From: Lytechinus pictus
Lineage: Eukaryota
Assembly: GCF_037042905.1 (NCBI RefSeq)
Contig: NW_026974140.1
Span: forward strand, 994,001 to 1,058,000
Length of the DNA: 64,000 nucleotides
Direction of reading: 5' to 3'
The position numbers and the translations under genes were made by a program. Below, piece by piece: positions 25,651 through 37,795 of this stretch. Within the stretch, counting starts at the first letter, position 1, and the number at the start of each line of letters is the position of its first letter. The notes under the pieces were generated by a model. It saw only the letters and a program-made list of their open reading frames with translations. It ran no database searches and had not been told where the DNA came from.

Positions 25651-25741
25651 AAGCCCGATTGCTATTGGCTGCTATTATGTGATATATCAACACAGTACCT
25701 GCTGCTATTATGTGAATCAAACCAGCTAACAGCCATCGGGC

Positions 25742-25813
25742 TTCTCGGTGGTCAAGTGGTATGACGCCTGTCTAGTAACCAGAAGGACGTGGGTTCGATT
25801 CCTACCCGAGCCG
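25742..25813 (+). pseudogene. tRNA-Thr(AGT)-like unit, right arm of a palindrome
   Basis: A box tggtcaagtgg, anticodon arm cctgtctAGTaaccag, B box ggttcgattcc, and a T-run at ~25824. Stems are imperfect. Confidence 0.72.
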
Positions 25814-26995
25814 GCCTGTGAAATTTTTTCTTAGCAGCTCAAACATGCATTGAACATTCAGTGTTTATTTATGTTGGGATAAGGCATAAATTATTTAATA
25901 TAAAAAGAATAGAACAAATTTGAAGATTTATGGGAAATTACCTGTGCAACATATTTCTGATCTAGTGGCAATGGCGGAGGCATAAATTTTGACTGTGTGC
26001 AGTCGAGAATCCATTTAGTAATTTTCTTGTGTTTTCTTTTGTTTTTTGTATAAAGTCTTTCTAACATATCTTCTTGGCCAAATCAGGTTGTATGAAATCA
26101 GCAGTAGTAAAACAGTTTTCAGGAGTACATGTATGCATTCCTTACTCAGTTTAGCTTGCCATATCTGTGCTAACTGTGTGTGTGAAAAGTACATGAATTT
26201 ATAAATAATATATTCAAATTTATGTTGTTTTTTTTTTAGATATGTATTCAAACCTGCCATGTATAGAGACTTGCCTCTTTTGTAAGTTAACTTGGGTAAT
26301 GTTTCTAGAGCTGTACATGTAGTACTGTATTAGATGTGTTTGACTTTATTTTTATTAAAAGTATTCATTGCGTTGTTCTTAACACTGATTTGCATTTTGT
26401 CCCTTTTTAGGTCATTGTGTGATCACTCACTGATTGATACAATAAGTGGCGATGTGTAGTGTGGAATATGACCTCTGTCATATTATCTGTCTGACTGACC
26501 TACAATTTTAAATGTAATTTCTTATTATACCATCACCAATGTGGCTCTTTGATGATGTAGCCGAATGTGTACATTGTAACTGTATTTTAATTGACTCTTT
26601 TCTTTCGCTGATACACTAGAAACTCAATATACAGAGATTCCCAATATAACAGTCAAATTTGCTGGTCCAAGGTCCTTTTGTTTTTGTGCCCTGGTGAAGT
26701 TAGATTCCAGGTATAATAACAAGGTTCATGATCCCAAGGTCCTCCTTATACTGAGTTTCCACTTTATCTCATTTCAGCAGATAATATGATAGAGGTTGGA
26801 TGACGTGTATGCTGTGTATGACCATACGACCATGGTTATACTCTGGTTTGGGTGGTATAGCAGTTGATGGTTATACCAGAGGTCGGTTGTAAAACCATGG
26901 CTCTACTGTGGTTTGGTTTGTAGAACCAGGGATTTGTCATCGTTTCTGGCTGTGAAACTACAGTTAAACTTTGGTTTGAGCTTGAGAACCACGGT

Positions 26996-27290
26996 TTTAT
27001 TGTCTCACTTGCATAGCAGAAGTGAGACATAGCCGCCGCTTTTCCGGCGGCGGCGTCAACACCAAATCTTAACCTTGGTTAAGTTTTCGAAATGGTATAA
27101 TAACTTTGGAAGAATTTGGTCCTATTTCATGAAACTTGGGTATAAGGGTAACCAAGTATCACTGATCGATCTGCTATACATTTCAGGTCACATGATCAAG
27201 GTCAAAGGTCATCTGGGGTTACTGAACTTAGGCCATGTTTAGGTGTCAATATAAAAAACTCAAAGATTTTGAAATATCATAACTTTGATC
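26996..27290 (+). mobile_element. 5' part of a second HINE-like element
   Basis: ttttattgtctcac..gtgagac hairpin, (GGC)n, then aaacttgg..aaggtcaaaggtca body shared with 41300-41872. Confidence 0.55.
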
Positions 27291-27969
27291 GTTTTTAAAA
27301 TCGGTGTTTGATCGATGTCATCGAGCGCCGGTGCAGATTTTGCGAAATCGGTGCATCGAAAAGAAAAAAAAATTACGTCGACCGGCCGATTCGCTTGGTT
27401 AACACAATCATCGAAATAAACAGTAATGTCCAACTTGACTACTACTTACTTGATCTACATTGCCCCCAAAATAACACCTATTGTGTAATTATGATGCCTA
27501 TTCACCACTAATTCGAAGTTTATTTCGATCATAGTTCGAGTCTAAGTCGTCTGCTCGTGCCGAGATAATTTATGCACGATGAATTCATGAATGGAAATGG
27601 TAATACTGATGTAAATCCTTTCAAATTTACCATAGTTAAATCACAGTAACTGTAGTACGATCACGGTTGAAGGATGTCCAAACCATGGGCAGACCAAGGT
27701 GCACCATGGTTTAACCATCATCAGACCATCATGCACCATGGTTAAACCATGGCCCTGTCGCACAATGGATCCAATATTAACCATGCTTTTACCATGATTT
27801 TGAGGATGCAAGACCATGGTAATTCTATGATTGGTTTGTAGTGAAACCATGGTTATACTTTGGAATTCATTGCATAACCATGTTATTATCGCTGTTTCTG
27901 TTTTAAAATCATTGTTTCACCTTTTCTTAACCATAGTAAAGACATTTTGAAACGATGGATTTACCACAA

Positions 27970-29200
27970 TAAAAACAAGGTTGTAACCACGGTTAAACCA
28001 TGGTAGCCATGGTTTATCTACAATGAAACCATCGATTAACTGTGGCACATTATGGTTAAACCGTGGTATACAATGGTTAAACCATGGTTAGACAGTACTT
28101 TGACATGGTTTAACCATCATCATACAATATTGCACTAATGGTTAAAAGGTGGTTTTACCGTATGATTGATCATGGTTTTACCGTGATTTGGGTTGTAATT
28201 ATGTGGTTTGGCTGCTGTAAAACAATGGTTTCACCGTTTTCTAACCATGGTTTCACCTTCGCTTTACCATGGTTTTACCTACCCTTTACCATGGTTTTAT
28301 ACTTTCTTAACCATAGTTTCACCTTTTCTTAACCGTGGTTATAGTATGGTAAAAACACAGTTGTGACCACGGTTATGCCATGGTAATGTCATGGTAAGTG
28401 CGTTCCAATTTAACACCTTTTAACCATGGTTACCATGGTTTACCTATGCTAAACCTATAGTTTAACCGTGGTACACCATAGTTAAACCATGGCTAGACAG
28501 TACTTTGACATGGTTCAACCATCATCATACAATATTGCACTATGGTTAAAAGGTGGGTTTACCATACAATTGATTATGGTTTTACCGTGATTCGGGTTGT
28601 AATTATGTGGTTTGGCAGCTGTAAAACAATGGTTTCACCTTTTTCTAACCATGGTTTCACCTTCTCTTTACCATGGATTTATACTTTCTTAACCATGGTT
28701 AAACTATGGTAAAAACATAATTGTGACCATGGTTATGCCATAGTAATGTCATGGTAAGTGCGTTCCAATTTAACACCTTTTAACCATGGTCACCATGGTT
28801 TACCCATGCTAAACCTATAGTTTAATCGTGGTAAACCATGGTTAAACCATGGCTAGACAGTACTTTGACATGGTTTAACCATCATCATACAATATTGCAC
28901 TATGGTCAAAAGGTGGGTCTACCATACAATTGATTATGGTTTTACCGTGATTCGGGTTGTAATTATGTGGTTTGGCAGCTGTAAAACAATGGTTTCACCT
29001 TTTTCTAACCATGGTTTCACCTTCTCTTTACCATGGTTTTATACTTTCTTAACCATTGTTAAAATATGGTAAAAACACAGTTGTGACCATGGTTATGCCA
29101 TAGTAATGTCATGGTAAGTGCGTTCCAATTTAACACCTTTTAACCATGGTTACCATGGTTTACCCATGCTAAAGCTATAGTTTAACTATGGTTAAGCACT
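27970..29200. repeat. Tandem array with 360-bp period (AACCATGGTT-rich)
   Basis: t.gtaatgtcatggtaagtgcgttccaatt at 28381, 28741 and 29101. Confidence 0.92.
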
Positions 29201-30674
29201 AGTGCACCATGATTTCACCATAATTAAACCATATCTTACTATGGTTAAACTATGAAATTACTGTACGATGGATCCAATGCAAAACCATGGTTTTACCTTA
29301 ACATCAAACCATGGTTTTTTTTTACAAGGGTGGTGATAAACAGAAACACAAACTCGTATCCTACATCGTATAGAAGATAAGAGAAAAAATGAGTATAAGG
29401 TAATAATAATTTCCAACTTCACGATTCATACTCAGAATTCTGTACAAACATGCATTTTTATAATATCATAAATACAATCGATGTGAAATATCAATTGTCA
29501 ACTCTATTGTTAAAAAATAATGCAAAATTCATATCAAATGATAATATTATCTTCATCGTCAAAATTTATCGGGAATGGAGGGGTGGGGGGTCAAAAAATA
29601 TATTCCATTATTCTAACTTCAAGCAAATGCATAGTTTGATATATTTGATTGCTAGAATAACTAATCCAAGTTTATTAATTCCCCGGGATAAAGCTACATG
29701 CGCATGTCCTGGTCAGCTACGCCCACGGCCAGAAGCCTGTAAATAACGGCCTCAGCTGCTAATGTGAAAATGTGTAGCCTTTCAGCTTCCATACGTATGA
29801 CGAGTCCTGATGACTTTGTTGAATGTTGTGCGCGGTATAATATCGCTACCTAACTAGATGGCCTTCATTACATCACATTCATAATATTATATTGTTTATG
29901 AATATAAAATTAATTGCCATATATGTATACGCATGCATGTGTGTATATCAATATTCTTGAATGTATTTTCGACATTTCAACAATCTACGATTATGAGAAA
30001 AAGGGGTAGAAATTTTTCGGAAGAATGACCCCAGACGCACGTTGCTAAAACAGTGATGTTATTTCACGATCTTTGAAGTAATTTACCACACCCGGAATGG
30101 TCGTATGGTGGTACAGAAATAACATCTAACTGTGCAATTAGTTTGGTCACTACAAAATAGGGTCCATCCGCTATTCATACGGACCGTTAGTCATAATATA
30201 ATCAACGATGAGTGTCGCTAGTCACAATCAAAGAGTAGGATCGCTGGTCATAATCAAGGAGGCTTATGATAATCGCTCGGGTCGCGGGCGCGTTCGAAAT
30301 CACTCGGGTTTTGGATTTCGATGCGATTTTTTTTTTCTAACGGTGTCTTTAATGGGGCAAACACGCTGGGAAAATAAAATGAAATTGAAATTCTAGTTTC
30401 GTTTTAAGCCGGCAAGTGCCTTAAATAAAATGTACTCGACTACTGTTTTAACATAACAAACAAGCAAATCAGCCACGTGGCTCAACTAACTTCGAAAATA
30501 TCCGGACTTCTACTGTGTCTTATAGTATGACTCCGAGTCAGAACTTGCCATATCTGCCACATCGATATTACATCGTCATTCCCATATGCGGACATGCCTG
30601 CATGCAATGGCCCCAAGGCGGGACCCGGCCGCGGTCGGACACGACGTGCATCGGTAGCATGTAGCAAGCTAACA

Positions 30675-31476
30675 TAATAATAATAATAATAATAACTTAG
30701 TCTTATATAGCGCTTTTCATGAAATTATAACAAAGCGCTTTACAATGTAGAACATACGAAATATACAACAAAAGTGAAATTAGAAATCATATAACTAAAA
30801 AAATAAAATCAATGACACTGTAAATGGAGATATGTTGAATATGCTTTCTTCATGAGGTACGTCTTTAAATTAGATCGAAAGGAAGTGATATTTGGGATAC
30901 AACGGAGGGAAGCTGGAAGACTGTTCCAAAGACTTGGGGCAGAGCTTGAAAAGGACCTATCACCAAAAAGTTAAGTTTTTGATTTTTTTGACTGTTAAGA
31001 AATTTTGATTTGCAGAACGAAGGTATCTACTGGGAGTATATGCCTGGATTAATTAGGAGAGATATTTTGGAGCATGTCCATGAAGACATTTGAATGTTAG
31101 GTGTAGAATTTTGAATTGTATACCAAATTTAATGGGGAGCCAGTGCAATTGTTTAAGAGTAGGTGTTACATGGTCATGTTTCTAGTGAGGGAAAGCTTAG
31201 AAATATCCTTTTCTGGAATTCCATGGAGCAGGCTATTACATCTGTCAAGAAGTAAACTAATAAATGCATGAATGAGGACTTCAGTAGATGACTTTGAGAG
31301 ATATTTTCGAATTTTACAAATTTTTCTTAGGGCGTAGGATGCTTTACGACAGATTGTGTTGAAATGGGGACGCATTGAAAAGTTTTTATCAAACAAAACA
31401 CCTAAGTTGGTAACCGTTTTAGAGGGATGTATAATCATTTGCAATTTGAATCGAAGGTAGCTCAGGGGTATGTCTA
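30675..31476 (-). mobile_element. L2 LINE 3' portion
   Basis: ORF 31166..31444 (NLGVLFD..ICRKA..IRKYL..LIHAFI..LD.CNSLL), HWLP-type motif downstream, and tail tgtaaagcgct..aagcgctatataa..(tta)n. Confidence 0.9.
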
Positions 31477-33023
31477 CACTCTTAAAACATGTATTAAAAA
31501 ACTGTGGGTTAAAAAAATGTGGATTAAAAATCGCTCAACATTGGTTATTAATTGAGTGTCGGCTAATAATTTTGTTTAGTCTTGCGTGGGTTAAAATTTT
31601 TTTTGATTAAAATTATTATTTTTAATCTTGTTGATTACTCTCAGACAAACATTGATTAAAAACGGTATTCTCGGCTTTCCCCATCAAGTCAATCGAGGTA
31701 ACTGATATTTTTGTAGGTGAAAGTTTGATCACAGTTGATTAAATGTTGTATTCCCGCCAAAATGATCGTGCAGTCTGAGGATGTTTTCGTGGGTGAAAGT
31801 TTGATCAACGTTGATGAAGATACTGATCACGTGAGCGAACAGCGCCTGCGCATATTGGATTTCATGCAAATTTGCCTGCTGCGCGAACTCGCTCAAAATA
31901 TTTGCGACAAAAGTGGAAGAAGTCATCAAGTATCTACGCGATTGGGAGCTAGAAGGGCTCATAAAGGTGTTTGGAGGTGAGAAACTCTATTCATATATGT
32001 GATTGTTATTAGTTTAATTTATGAATATCTAGTTCTTAAAGTAAACATGGTCTTACCGTACTTTCTTAATGATTTAGGTAGAGGATCGGGTACAGCTTTC
32101 TAGCAGAAGATCTAGTTCTTAAAGTAAACATGGTCTTACCGTACTTTCTTAATGATTTAGGTAGAGGATCGGGTACAGCTTGCTAGCAGAACCCGCTGGT
32201 ACAGTGATATGCGATCCAAGCTTGCGCTTGCATGCTCAGCTAGCTAGCCTTGCCGGCGCGCGCAGCCCCAGCTGGCTGGCGCTGGCTGGGCCAAGTCTAA
32301 GCTAGCCGATTGTAATAGTCTAATACGGTACTTAACTGTTTTTTGCCGTGGATTCATCTCGAAATCCGAGTCAATCTGCAACATCCCAAAATAGTTTCCC
32401 GAAAAAAATAGTTTCGGAGAAATATCTCTGATAATTGGCACCTTAGAAGAAAAATGGGAGGTGATTTGAATTTCCTTAAATGCTATTTTGTCAGAAAAAA
32501 AAGTAATTGGTCATTTTTGGCAAAGCAGGAGTCTTGTGCCAATGCTATAGTTCTTGTGTGTAATGTGAATGAATCATCATAAAATTCTGGCATTGGTCCT
32601 GCATTCTTTAATGGAATTCTGTCTTTTATTGTCATGATCAATTGTCAGTATCACTATGTAGCCTTATCATGACATAATTGCAACATTTACTTGAATCTGA
32701 GTGATATTATTTCCCATTCCCTTTTGGGAAATATCAAACATCATTATTTACATCTTACAAGTGTATTTGGCCTTAAATGTTGTGCCAGCTAGTCAAGGCT
32801 TTTACACTAATGAAAACGCAAGGGTGAAAAGTTGCAACACATAAGAAGGAAATCAAATATGAAGTTCTAACGTTGTATGATTCATTAATTTGTGCAGGAA
32901 ATACTTTATTGTTACTTCCCTTTGCAATCTCATTTTTTTTTTTTTCAAATTTGAAATATGGAAAATAAGAAATTAGTATAAGCATATTATTTCTCCATTC
33001 ATATGCATGCAATTAATACTCCC

Positions 33024-33314
33024 CAGTGGCGTACCTAGGATTTTCCACAGGGGGGGGTGCAAAACCGTCCGCCAAAAAATTTGACAAGCAAAAAAAAAAA
33101 AAAAAAAGGTCTTTAATCATAAATAAAGGATTTCGTACCAGAAAAAAAATTGACAAGCAAAAAAAAAAAGTCTTCAAGCTCGTCAGGGGGGGGGGCAATA
33201 TAGGTTTTCAAGCTCGTCAGGGGGGGGGGCAAAAAAGGTCTTTCAAGCTCGTCAGGGGGGGCAGGGATACATCCTTTGCATGGGTTGTGGCTCGTCAGGG
33301 GGGGGGGCAGAGTG
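33024..33314. mobile_element. hAT-like MITE with 8-bp TSD and a degenerate right TIR
   Basis: cagtggcgtacctagg start; TSD atactccc at 33016-33023 and 33315-33322; internal caagctcgtcagggg repeats. Confidence 0.7.
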
Positions 33315-35384
33315 ATACTCCCCATGAAATGATGTTATAGAATCAAGGCTTTTGCAAGTGCAATAGCACCATTTATTTTGAGGTTCGCAAATTTGAGTGT
33401 TTCTAAATCAAAATATTCATTTCGTAAGCAGTTGAAATAATGAAATTAGCATTGATGTATATTCTGAGTATTTGTAACCTTTCAGGAGTGTATAGTTGTT
33501 TTTGCTTCGGACTAGGTCTTTAAATGTTAAGTTGAGTTAAACACATTGACTGTCATGATGGATTGTTAAACATAAAAAAATGTAATTTATAGAATTTTCA
33601 ATTTTGAAGAAAGTTTTGTATATAATTTGTTGTTTAGTTTACTTCTTTTCATTTAAATTTCAGCTATTTCATCCATTGAACATGAGAGAATAGAATGGAT
33701 GAAGCACAACACATCCCCTGGCACAAAAGTTGCACAGTACATGGATGAAACTTCTGCCTTTAGGTACCATTGGATTCACGAAAAGAAGCAAGATGGAAAC
33801 AGAAGCAGTGCAACGGAAATTCTAGAACGCTTGGCCTAGACTCCTTGAACATGTAAATATGACTGACTTGTACAATCTGTTAAGGATTTTTAATGATATA
33901 ACTTCATCAGTTTTTACTGTTCCAGGAGTAAACAGTGAAAAAATAATTCTCATGTGTATGACATTCTCCAATTTATATGTGACAGTTGACTAAAGTTCTT
34001 GAAAATATAATTTTAAGCCATGTTTTACCCGTTTTTTTTTTCTTTTTTTATTTGAAGGGAGTGCTGAGTAGCATGGAGCCTGTCCCCATATGTCCTCAGT
34101 TGATCGATTTTCATCAGATTTTCCAGAGACCTTGAGAATCCCAAATCCATTTGAACTTATATTGAAATTTCTATGTAAATTATTTAGATAAATTATTTGC
34201 TTTATTCAATATTGAAATAAATATATATTGCCTCAGAGAAAAAGGAATAATTCAAAAAGCTGAACCTTAACATGGTTTCGTATGAACAACAATTATTTGA
34301 AGTGATAAAGATTCTTATATATTCTTTTGTTTTATAATTTCTTAATGTATTTATGTTTTTTTAACATCAAGGTGTATTTTTTTTTTGGGGGGGGGGGTAA
34401 GTCCGCTGTTCTAGAGAATTATCTGAACCAATATGAATGGACATTGTTTTGGCTTAGGGATGAAATTGTAGGTTATAAAGGAAAACAGCATTTCAAATAG
34501 GTTGAAAAACAATTTTCCAAATTCCGGGGGGGGGGGGTCACAGGTGGTTACTTTACTTGGTTATGGCATGCCCAATTTTTGTTAACTCTTTGTTGAAAGA
34601 TGTACAAGAAGTGCCCCCCCCCCCACACTCTTTACATAGTCAGACTTTATTTAAAGGAAGAAGTGAATATAATAGTTCAATATGGTTTTCCAATTATTCT
34701 AAAATTGTGCTGGGAAAAGTAAGATATTATACCTTGTGTTGGATCATATTTTTCACTGCTATTCATAAAAAAAGGATGTTCATTACCTTTACATTAATAA
34801 ATTCAAAATTTTGGGGGAAAACAGGTAGGTCCTTCATTTTTTTAATCTAATTTACATATGCCTCTGATTGTTAATTCAAACACCAGAAGATGCAAGGAAC
34901 TATACATGTCTTCATTTCGATGCATTTTTTGTTGCTCTATTGGCATTCGATTGAATCATGATCAAAGAGTTTTGTTTTTTAAAAGAGAATTAATGAACCT
35001 GATCTCTTTATTTTTATTTTTGAGGGGAGTTATTATCTTTAGAAGTGAAGCTAAGTAAGTGGAGCCTTTTTCAATGATGTGCAATTTAGCTGTTATTAAC
35101 AAGACAAATATTTATTTATTAAGGTGGAAGAAGATTACAGTTCAACAATTGAAAGACAACTTGTTCACCAAATGGACCACTGTATCTCAGGCTGTCATTA
35201 AATATGCTGATCATGTGCACCCTTCTTGGAGAGCAGACTTGGGTCTTCAAAGTATGACACAGATCTTAAAGAAGGTAATTATATATTGTATGCTTGATGT
35301 ATATTTAATTGCATCTGCCAGAGTGGAGGGTGGTGTCTGAGACATTCTTTTATCATATTGCATTGCGGATATTTTTGTGTGTGC

Positions 35385-35386
<2 letters not shown>

Positions 35387-35435
<49 letters not shown>
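35387..35435. repeat. (TA)n microsatellite
   Basis: About 24 TA units. Confidence 0.95.
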
Positions 35436-35436
<1 letters not shown>

Positions 35437-37795
35437 CTCTGGCCCGGGCATCAAGCACTTTTTGGATACCTCAACTAATCTACCAAATGGATTTGTCTTC
35501 CAAGTATATATATAGGTTCCAGGTAATCAAGAAGTCACACATTGTTTGGTGAAAGATAAAATAGTCAATATTTACCATTAACTTAATTGATTTTAGGGGA
35601 AGGCATGTGGCAGTCAATTTGCATAAATTGTTTCACCCAGATCTTTCCAATACACCAAACAGAGTAAGAAATTGTGTGTGGCATTTAGAAATGATGTATC
35701 TTTCAAGCTTGTGCATAAAGATTATGCATAATTGCATTTAATGAAAACTTCATTGGTTAATAACAGGATTTGATATTCCTTTTGTACTCTTTGTATTCAT
35801 TTTTTCCAGATGAAGTAAAGAATCTGGCTCTCAGCGTTCTTCCTGTTATCTTCAGAGGAAGAGGAAAAGGAAATAAAGGCAAATTCAAGTTACAAGAATC
35901 TCTGGATGCCATATATTTTTTTTCCAGTAATTAATATAAGATGTGATTAGAAATATGATTTAGAAGTTTCAACGCACGAAAGCTTAGGAATAGATGATGA
36001 CTTATGCAAAAAAGCAAACCAAAGCTAGGGCAAAATAAGACAGGTCAACAATTTTTAAAGGAAATCAAACACCAAATAAAAAGTTCAAACTTTTGTAATA
36101 CCAGACAGCTATTGATAACGCCATCTTGTTGAAAACCCTAAATGTGTTTTGCACACATATAATTTTCTCTGTAATACATTTTGGATAAAAACGAAGACAT
36201 TATTTTTCATAGCAAAAAAAATTGAGAGTTCTCCACTAATTATATACCCAATATCTATCATAGTTATTTAGTTTCTCACTTATTTACTTAATTTTCCACG
36301 TTATTATTTATGTAATATAATTTACTAATTTCTTATTTGTAGATGAAAAGATTATTAAATCACATGATTATTGGATTTCTTAATATAGAACACTCATTTT
36401 ACCAGTCGACTGTAATGTTCAATAATCAGCAAGTAGACCAACTTTCTATCAGTAATAATCAGAGTGTATTCCCCTACTCTGCTTACTATTCATTAATTAC
36501 TTATTAATTCATACCAAATGCTTTGTACTCTTTAATGTTTTATGATTTATTTTTAATGTTTCTGTGCAGCACTACATGTGGGGGTGATCGCAACAGCTAT
36601 TTATTATGCTTTTATCACTCCTGACTAGCATGTAGTGCTGATAATTTTCTTTTTGTTCTGAAATTTTAAGTTATTTATGATTTTTATTATGCACATTTTG
36701 TATGTTTTTTATGATTTGGTCGACTAAATAATAATAATAATTATAGGGTTATGAAGCTGATAGAAAAAAATTGAGGCTCGGTAAAATATGATTAAATTCA
36801 GTTGCATTGAAAACATGATCCTCGAGACCTGTGCATGGTAATATACATGTGAGAAAACTTTATAATTGGAAAAAAAACCTCCTTTGAGTCAGTATGGGGG
36901 GGGAGGACACTCACACAAAAATGTAAATTTTAAATAAAGTAATGCACCAAAATGGAAATTAATATTATCAGAAGAGGGATTTTGAAGGCGAATGTATAGG
37001 AAAGTAAAAAAAAAACCAAGCACTGTTAGCTGTTGATTATATAAGGCGCAAAAGAAAAATTTGATAATTTTCACAACTGTGTCACATATATTGTTTTAAA
37101 TGAATTTTCAGGAAGGAACAAGTGTCGAGTAATATCATGGAAAAAACCAAGTTGTAAGGCTAAGCCTTATATCATGCTGCTGGTTGTGTGAGGAGTAAGT
37201 TAACCCCAACCAAGTTCTTGAAACCCGTGCCCTACAGATGCAGTCGTTGGTCAAGGCTGTCGACTTTGCCTTCTTGAAAGTTAACATACATTTTGGACCT
37301 TCAGTATTAACCCATGGAGCTCCCGCCCGCGCAGGGGCGGGAGCCCAGGGGCTTACCGTGTATTTGACCATACCCACGGGACTAGCGTGATTTATGGTCT
37401 AAATATTTATCCAAATACATTGTGAAAACAGAAATTATGCACTTACCACGATTATATGGATGAAGGTCTAACGAGTGGCAGTTTTCCTGACATCTGGGCA
37501 CAGACTGGAACCTCAAAAAAACGAAAAGTTCTCTCCTACCCCAGTCTCGATAGGCCATTTTGTCACGATTTATAGCAAAAATGGCCGATCGAGACGGGGG
37601 TAAAAGGAGAAAACTTTTCGTTTTTTGAGGTTCAAGTCTGTGCCCAGATGTCAGGAAAACTGCCACTCGTTAGACCTTCATCCATATAATCGTGGTAAGT
37701 GCATAATTTCTGTTTTCACAATTCCTTTGGAGAAATATTTATACCATAAATCACGCTAGTCCCGTGAGTATGGTCAAATACACGGTAAGCCCCTG

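Larger units (their letters stand above)
24738..26020 (+). mobile_element. Helentron-associated (HINE/DINE-1-like) non-autonomous element
   Basis: 5' T-run and hairpin atgcctccgcc..ccggaggcat, (GTCC)-like microsatellite, internal aaacttggta/aaggtca repeats, 3' subTIR ggcggaggcata near 25973. Confidence 0.7.
14928..29330. mobile_element. 14.4-kb non-autonomous CMC/EnSpm-like DNA transposon (CCCTT termini)
   Basis: TIR cccttataaaaaaaaaaacatggttt / aaaccatggtttttttttacaaggg; 2-bp TSD TG (14926-14927, 29331-29332); subterminal AACCATGGTT arrays at both ends. Confidence 0.8.

Noticed and set aside
25742..25813. Functional tRNA-Thr gene
   Set aside because: Acceptor and anticodon stems have mismatches, and it is one arm of a palindrome inside a TE; called tRNA-like only.
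29790..29830. atgacga..ctgatga as a C/D snoRNA or hammerhead core
   Set aside because: No properly spaced partner boxes, GAAA core or supporting stems found.
33013..33340. Lys/Gly-rich 104-aa ORF and its antisense ORFs
   Set aside because: Lie within a MITE made of homopolymer runs and short repeats.
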